Shown here: one piece after another, positions 58,918-64,000 of the stretch | Layout: the number at the start of each line of letters is the position of its first letter | Position numbering within the stretch: position 1 is the stretch's first letter | Virus record (IMG/VR): IMGVR_UViG_3300031963_000013 | DNA length: 64,000 nucleotides | Reading direction: 5' to 3' (one strand) | DNA from: a virus | The notes under the pieces: generated by a model | What the model saw: only the letters and a program-made list of their open reading frames with translations | Database searches by the model: none | Told to the model about the DNA's origin: nothing | Program-made: the position numbers and the translations under genes

Positions 58918-60051
58918 ATGGCACTAAATTTTCCTTCTAACCCGGTTCTCGATCAAATCTACGTAGGTCCTTTGGGCCAAAAGTGGAAGTGGAACGGCAC
59001 CGCGTGGATCTCTTTTAACGAGATTGCAACAGTGCCAACCGCATCGCTGTCCCTGGGTGGCTCTGGGTCGTTTTCGGGCTCTTTCAGTGGCTCGGGAGCA
59101 GATTTGCGTAATATACCATCGTCCGCGATAGTAGGTCTCAATCTGTCCCAGATCTCTTCTGGGAGCGTTAGTGCATCTATGTCGCAAGAAGGTTTATTGG
59201 TGAACACTAGAGTTGTGGCTACGTCTTTCACAGGTTCGTTGTTTGGAACAGCTTCTTATAGTTTGCTAAATCTTCAACAGGTAACGGATAATGGAACGAC
59301 TACAACAAATAACATAACAGTATCAAACGCAAACGCTTCTTTTAACGTAGAAAACACAACACCTGAAATATTTGCAGGTTTTGAAGCTGATAATTCAGAA
59401 GCAAGAATAAACATAGGCGTTGCTTCGGGCAATGTTTTACGTTTAAAAGGCGGTTTAATTACAGGGGATAGAATTATAAACTTTCCCAACAAAAGCGGCA
59501 CACTTCCGTTATCAGTAATACTAGAAAACGTAGAGTATACTGCCGATGATACAGGGAGTATAGTGCTTGGCGCTGTAAAAAACGCAGCAACAGCGTCTTA
59601 CATTTTAGCCTCAGGGGTGGCAGGTTTAAACCTGACTCAGATAACAACCGGCAGCGTAAGCGCGAGTGTAAGCGTATCTACCTTCTCTGTTACAAGCGGA
59701 AGCGTAACCGAATTCGTAGTTACTGGAACTGGTGTAACTATTGGAAACGCAGCAACAGATAGACACACCGTAACAGGTTCATTAAATTCTCCTAACATTA
59801 CTGGATCTTTGTTCGGTACTGCTAGTTGGGCGGTATCTGCATCTTGGGCACCAGGAGGTGGAGGAGGAGGTGTATCTTCGATAACAATAGCAGATGAAGG
59901 AACTTCTCAAGGCACCGCAACATTTATTAACTTTACAGGAGCGGGAGTCACTGCTACAGTATCATCGAACACAGCATCTATTAACATCCCTGGTGGAGGT
60001 AGTAGTGCTAGTCCAACCTTAAATTTATTTAATTACTTTAACTTTTTCTAA
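58918..60051 (+). CDS. Fibre protein assembled from modules shared with 44034 and 49586
   Basis: MALNFPSNP..WKWNGTAW N-terminus; LQQVTDNG, GLNLTQI and ADEG modules. Confidence 0.7.
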   Translation: MALNFPSNPVLDQIYVGPLGQKWKWNGTAWISFNEIATVPTASLSLGGSGSFSGSFSGSGADLRNIPSSAIVGLNLSQISSGSVSASMSQEGLLVNTRVVATSFTGSLFGTASYSLLNLQQVTDNGTTTTNNITVSNANASFNVENTTPEIFAGFEADNSEARINIGVASGNVLRLKGGLITGDRIINFPNKSGTLPLSVILENVEYTADDTGSIVLGAVKNAATASYILASGVAGLNLTQITTGSVSASVSVSTFSVTSGSVTEFVVTGTGVTIGNAATDRHTVTGSLNSPNITGSLFGTASWAVSASWAPGGGGGGVSSITIADEGTSQGTATFINFTGAGVTATVSSNTASINIPGGGSSASPTLNLFNYFNFF

Positions 60052-60062
60052 AAACAATAAAC

Positions 60063-60482
60063 ATGCCAGCAAACACAACACCAATTTTTATTTTATCTCC
60101 AAAAACAACTGGTGCTGAAATTACAGCCGCTAATACTGCAAGAGATGGTAGTGGCGCTTTAACAACAATATTTACCGCCGGATCAAATGGTAGCAGAGTT
60201 GATTTTGTAAGTTTCGTATCTGCCCAAGCGTCCCCAGCAGCATCATCCGCAATGGTAGGAAGAGTTTTTATTACAGATACAAACGGAGCCAATCCAAGAT
60301 TAGTATCAGAAATAGCGCTTCCAACTATTACAGCGTCTAATACAGCAATAGGACAAGCACAAACTCTTTTTTATTCAAATGGGTTATTGATGCAAGCAGG
60401 TCAATTATTACAAGCCGCTATATCCGTCTATGCAGGTGTTCAAGATAAATTTCATGTAATTACAAGAGGAGGAGATTATTAA
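60063..60482 (+). CDS. Small fibre-associated protein
   Basis: MPANTTPIF..GSNGSRVD..GGDY. Confidence 0.55.
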   Translation: MPANTTPIFILSPKTTGAEITAANTARDGSGALTTIFTAGSNGSRVDFVSFVSAQASPAASSAMVGRVFITDTNGANPRLVSEIALPTITASNTAIGQAQTLFYSNGLLMQAGQLLQAAISVYAGVQDKFHVITRGGDY

Positions 60483-61885
60483 TGGCAAGGGGAGTTGCAA
60501 CATATCTTAATAAGAGCCTAGGATATTTCCATAACGGAAACAACGGCCAATCAGTACCTCCTTCTGTTTTGAATCTTCCCAACAATCCCATGATGTATGG
60601 AACAAACGAATACGGAACCATACAAACTACTGTTGTTGCGAGATCAGGCTCCGATGACTTTCCAAGGATCGGACCTATGACACTAGCATCAAACGGATGT
60701 TTGTATGGAGTTCACACTGGGTTTACCACTGCAATAGATAGCCCTATAGGATCTTCTAACTTTTTACAAAAATTAGATCCTGCTACAGGTATTACCACAA
60801 TGATACCAATGAATAACAATCGTGGCGCTTATGGAGGTATAGTTCGCGCATCGAATGAAAAATTGTACACGATACCTTTTAGGAACAATAGTTCGACGAA
60901 CGCCGCTTTACCAATTTACGAAATAGATCCAAGCAATGATAGTGTTACACTTATAAAAGACATTACATTACCTGCAGAAAGAGGGTATCTTGGCGGTGTA
61001 CTAGCTCCAAATGGATTAATATACTGCGCTCCTTATGATGGATCTGCCGGGGCAAATAGTGGTAATATTTTAATAATTAATCCTTTCACAAAAACGCTCT
61101 CGAGTTTAAATACGGGTATAGGTACCATAAACGGCTACGTAGCAGCAGTGTTAGCACCTAATGGAAAGATCTATATTCTACCATTTAATTCGCCATTTAT
61201 AATTGTAATAGAACCTATGAATGGTAATAACGTGTATTCAATAAATTTCCAGCGCGTATTACAAAGAAATACTATTGCTGCCGGTTTTTGGGGAGGAGTG
61301 CTAGCATTGGACAACAAAATATACTGCATATCATACGGTCAAAATTTTATATTACAAATTAATCCAGAAAATGACAGCGTAACAGCTATCTACAATAAAG
61401 GGTTTTTAGATACTAGAAACCCGATGTTTTATCCAAGCGCTAACAGAGTTAATAGAGATTCAGCTAACTTAGGAGGCGGGTTTCCAACTTTAGGAACAAA
61501 CGGTAAAATATACTTTGTACAAATCACCTTCGAATCTCCAAATAGCACAATAACGGATAGAAATACTAGTAGACTATTATTACCATACGAATTTGACCCA
61601 GAAACCCAAACAATATCTAAGCTATATGGATCTGAAGGATTAGATTGGAACACAATCACAAACATACCTAGTTCTCCAACCATGGGAGGTTTCATTTTTC
61701 AAGGAAGTTGTCTTTCTCAAACAGGAGACATATGGATTTCACCTCACGCAATACGTAACAACCAAAACAACAAACTCTATCTAAAATTAACTGGATTCCC
61801 ACCTGCAACCCCCGATATGTATACCATGCCTCCGTTAGATCAATTACAATACTCATTGTACAACAAGTACATAAATAAATTTTAA
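60482..61885 (+). CDS. Beta-propeller protein, possibly receptor-binding
   Basis: About 7 blades of GGVLAPNGxIYxxP type. Confidence 0.65.
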   Translation: MARGVATYLNKSLGYFHNGNNGQSVPPSVLNLPNNPMMYGTNEYGTIQTTVVARSGSDDFPRIGPMTLASNGCLYGVHTGFTTAIDSPIGSSNFLQKLDPATGITTMIPMNNNRGAYGGIVRASNEKLYTIPFRNNSSTNAALPIYEIDPSNDSVTLIKDITLPAERGYLGGVLAPNGLIYCAPYDGSAGANSGNILIINPFTKTLSSLNTGIGTINGYVAAVLAPNGKIYILPFNSPFIIVIEPMNGNNVYSINFQRVLQRNTIAAGFWGGVLALDNKIYCISYGQNFILQINPENDSVTAIYNKGFLDTRNPMFYPSANRVNRDSANLGGGFPTLGTNGKIYFVQITFESPNSTITDRNTSRLLLPYEFDPETQTISKLYGSEGLDWNTITNIPSSPTMGGFIFQGSCLSQTGDIWISPHAIRNNQNNKLYLKLTGFPPATPDMYTMPPLDQLQYSLYNKYINKF

Positions 61886-61959
61886 AAAATAAAGGTTGGT
61901 TTACACAGCTAATTCGAGCCCAAATAGCCGGATTCAATGGGTAGCCGTATTTATATTAA

Positions 61960-62268
61960 ATGAGGTTCACTCTAACCATACTAGCTTTAACGCTGTCTCT
62001 ATCCTGTTTATCGCAGAGAATCGCTCCAACGAGACTGATACAGGACGATAAGCTACTTCATGCGTTTGCGGGTAGCTACGTAGCGGCACCGGTAGCTTTT
62101 GCAACAAAGAAACCTGTGTTGTGGGGAACCGTCGCAGCAACTTCAGCAGGTTTAGCAAAAGAACTGTACGATTACAGAAGCTACGGTAAGTTCGATCCTG
62201 TGGATTTAGCGTTCACAGCGGTGAGCGGTTTTGTAACATCTTTTATCATATCAAAACTAAAAAAATGA
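61960..62268 (+). CDS. YfiM/DUF2279-like exported membrane protein
   Basis: Signal peptide; DDKLLHAFAG..GLAKELYD..FDPVDLAFT. Confidence 0.65.
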   Translation: MRFTLTILALTLSLSCLSQRIAPTRLIQDDKLLHAFAGSYVAAPVAFATKKPVLWGTVAATSAGLAKELYDYRSYGKFDPVDLAFTAVSGFVTSFIISKLKK

Positions 62269-62702
62269 AATACGTACTAACAATCTTATTTTTAACTCTT
62301 TTCGCAAGCGCTTACTCGCAACCGTTTGCCCATTTCGCTGGGTTGTTCGGTGAACGCAAGGGCATAATGTTCGACGCTGGGTATAAATTCGGAAAAGGAC
62401 TGCTCCAGCCACAGGCTTCCATTGGACTGAGCGATAGGTTCCAAAGAGGCGGCCACGTAAACTTTGTTACTTTCAAAGGAGGCGTGTTGTTCGCTAACAG
62501 ATTCAATTTCACTGCAGCTATCATACAAACAAGGGCTGTAGAGAACAGACAGCTTGTGATAGGAAGAGCAGCTTCTTGGGGAGTGGACTACAATTTCAAG
62601 TCTTGGTTCGACGACGCAAGATTAAACACAGGCGTGGAGATGATAAACAAAAACCTCTACTTTAGGGTGGGATTGAGAATGAACTACAATTGGAAAGATT
62701 AA
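62265..62702 (+). CDS. Putative small outer-membrane beta-barrel protein
   Basis: Signal peptide ending AYS; alternating amphipathic strands; C-terminal FRVGLRMNYNW. Confidence 0.5.
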   Translation: MKYVLTILFLTLFASAYSQPFAHFAGLFGERKGIMFDAGYKFGKGLLQPQASIGLSDRFQRGGHVNFVTFKGGVLFANRFNFTAAIIQTRAVENRQLVIGRAASWGVDYNFKSWFDDARLNTGVEMINKNLYFRVGLRMNYNWKD

Positions 62703-62753
62703 ACGAGTGTAAACGTTTTAAAACAAGCATATATTTATAAACAAACAAAGATT

Positions 62754-63356
62754 ATGAAAATTAAGAGTTTAATCGTAGCAAGCGTGCTAGCCCTAGCATT
62801 GACGTCTTGCGGTTGGTCAGAAAAGAACCACCAAGTAAGCAAACCCTATACAAGAACAAACGATGTAGAAAGAGTAGCCGTTAAATTTGATACAGGTTAC
62901 AGGGAAGTTAAAGGTCACTACGACGCTTCTGGAAAATGGGTACCTAAACAGTACGTTAGAGACACAGTTAGAGCGGTAGAATTTGCTACAGTGCCTATAC
63001 TGTATGTAGACGTAATGCCATCAAGGGAGAGCGTATTTAAAGCCGCAGAAGCAACAGGTTGGGAAAAACAACTGTGGATAGCGGTGTTTTTGTTTTTGGG
63101 TGTAGTAGGTGTTGCTATTTATGTAACAACTAAGAACGGTGGAGCCTTTGGAAAAGGCGAAGCTTCTTGGATAACTAAATTCGTCGCTTTGGGAATTATA
63201 GCAGCGTTAGCTATAGGTTTGTTGAACCCAATCAACAAAAGCGGCAACAACACAAAAACAATCAAATACAAAGAATACCAAGAGATAATTAAAAACGACC
63301 CTAACCTCATCCAGTTCTTTGATTCAATTCAGAAAAACGGCGCTTTTGTAAACTAA
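62754..63356 (+). CDS. Lipoprotein with two C-terminal TM helices
   Basis: Lipobox LTSC; two hydrophobic helices. Confidence 0.65.
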   Translation: MKIKSLIVASVLALALTSCGWSEKNHQVSKPYTRTNDVERVAVKFDTGYREVKGHYDASGKWVPKQYVRDTVRAVEFATVPILYVDVMPSRESVFKAAEATGWEKQLWIAVFLFLGVVGVAIYVTTKNGGAFGKGEASWITKFVALGIIAALAIGLLNPINKSGNNTKTIKYKEYQEIIKNDPNLIQFFDSIQKNGAFVN

Positions 63357-63361
63357 AAAAC

Positions 63362-63799
63362 ATGCAAGAGCAGAGCTTAAATATATTGAATTTTGTATCC
63401 TATTCTGTAATAAGCGCAGTCGTATGTGCTTTTATAGATTACATGCGCATAAGAACGACAGAAGGTACAGTATTGAATATTAGTAAATCTTGGACTGTAT
63501 TTTATGGTGGGTTGTTGTGTTTTGTAGGATATTGTATTTTTAATAATAACCCACAAACGTTTTTGGAATTCATTATCGGTTTTATAACCTATTGTATTTC
63601 ATTTGCTTCTATTAGAGGAGTTATTTATGACCCTTCTCTAAATCTGATGAGAGGGAAAAAGATTGACTACGAATCAAATACAACTAATTCTAAAATAGAC
63701 CATAAAGAGGTTAACTTAAATTTAACTTTTTGGAAACAAAGAGCGTTATATTTGATATTAGCAATAATTTTTACAATATTATACAAACAACAATGGTAA
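63362..63799 (+). CDS. Integral membrane protein
   Basis: About four hydrophobic helices. Confidence 0.65.
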   Translation: MQEQSLNILNFVSYSVISAVVCAFIDYMRIRTTEGTVLNISKSWTVFYGGLLCFVGYCIFNNNPQTFLEFIIGFITYCISFASIRGVIYDPSLNLMRGKKIDYESNTTNSKIDHKEVNLNLTFWKQRALYLILAIIFTILYKQQW

Positions 63800-64000
63800 A
63801 CATCGAATTAAAAGCAAAACACTTTTACGCAATAGCAGACATACAATTTGGAATAGCTGCTTACGCGTCTTTTTCAACTTTAGAAAAAATTAAAACAGCG
63901 TGTGAAAACAAACAAGACGATGATCTTGCTACAGTATCCACAGACGTTTCAGAATTCATAAACGTGTTCTACATCCTGTCCAGCAAACCAGAAGGCAGCT
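63793..64000 (+). CDS. Hypothetical protein (runs off the right edge)
   Basis: ATG at 63793, MVNIELKAKHFYAIADIQF..., open to the end of the window. Confidence 0.55.
   Translation, partial: MVNIELKAKHFYAIADIQFGIAAYASFSTLEKIKTACENKQDDDLATVSTDVSEFINVFYILSSKPEGS

Noticed and set aside
61886-61947. Possible structured element in the gap before 61960
   Set aside because: Only a weak stem (AATTCG/CGGATT) and no U-tract; insufficient support
302-63310. Numerous short antisense or alternative-frame ORFs in the track (e.g. 302-493, 11308-11766, 23399-23884, 46907-47389)
   Set aside because: They are shadows of well-supported genes, with no motifs or start context
1-64000. Stop-codon reassignment
   Set aside because: Core genes are full length in the standard code, and TAA, TAG and TGA all end genes at sensible positions

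Overview
64-kb segment of a large, AT-rich T4-like (myovirus) phage genome in the standard genetic code. The host is probably Bacteroidota, inferred from A-rich Shine-Dalgarno-less starts and one TAnnTTTG -7 box. Minus strand, 1-8.0 kb: baseplate genes (gp6, gp25, gp5-like pair), a gp55-like late sigma factor, an HD hydrolase and a glutaredoxin. A structured divergent intergenic region follows. Plus strand: primase; a single-chain Mre11-Rad50 (gp47-gp46) fusion; a 9-kb block of accessory proteins with N-terminal or internal L/I-x-E motifs; terminase, portal, core proteins, prohead protease, scaffold and major capsid protein; PhoH; neck and tail-terminator genes; a 23-kb fibre/adhesin region containing two glycosyltransferases; and a membrane-protein cluster. 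A TATTTAT motif precedes about 19 late transcription units. Two candidate undescribed systems stand out. (1) Virion O-glycosylation: an AAH/TibC-like heptosyltransferase and a GT4 enzyme sit among structural proteins saturated with [S/T]-[G/A/S]-S motifs. (2) Head cargo: enzymes appear to be tagged, packaged and cut out of polyproteins by the prohead protease. Several structured RNA leaders or ncRNA candidates were also seen. All family calls come from motif recognition by eye, not database searches.
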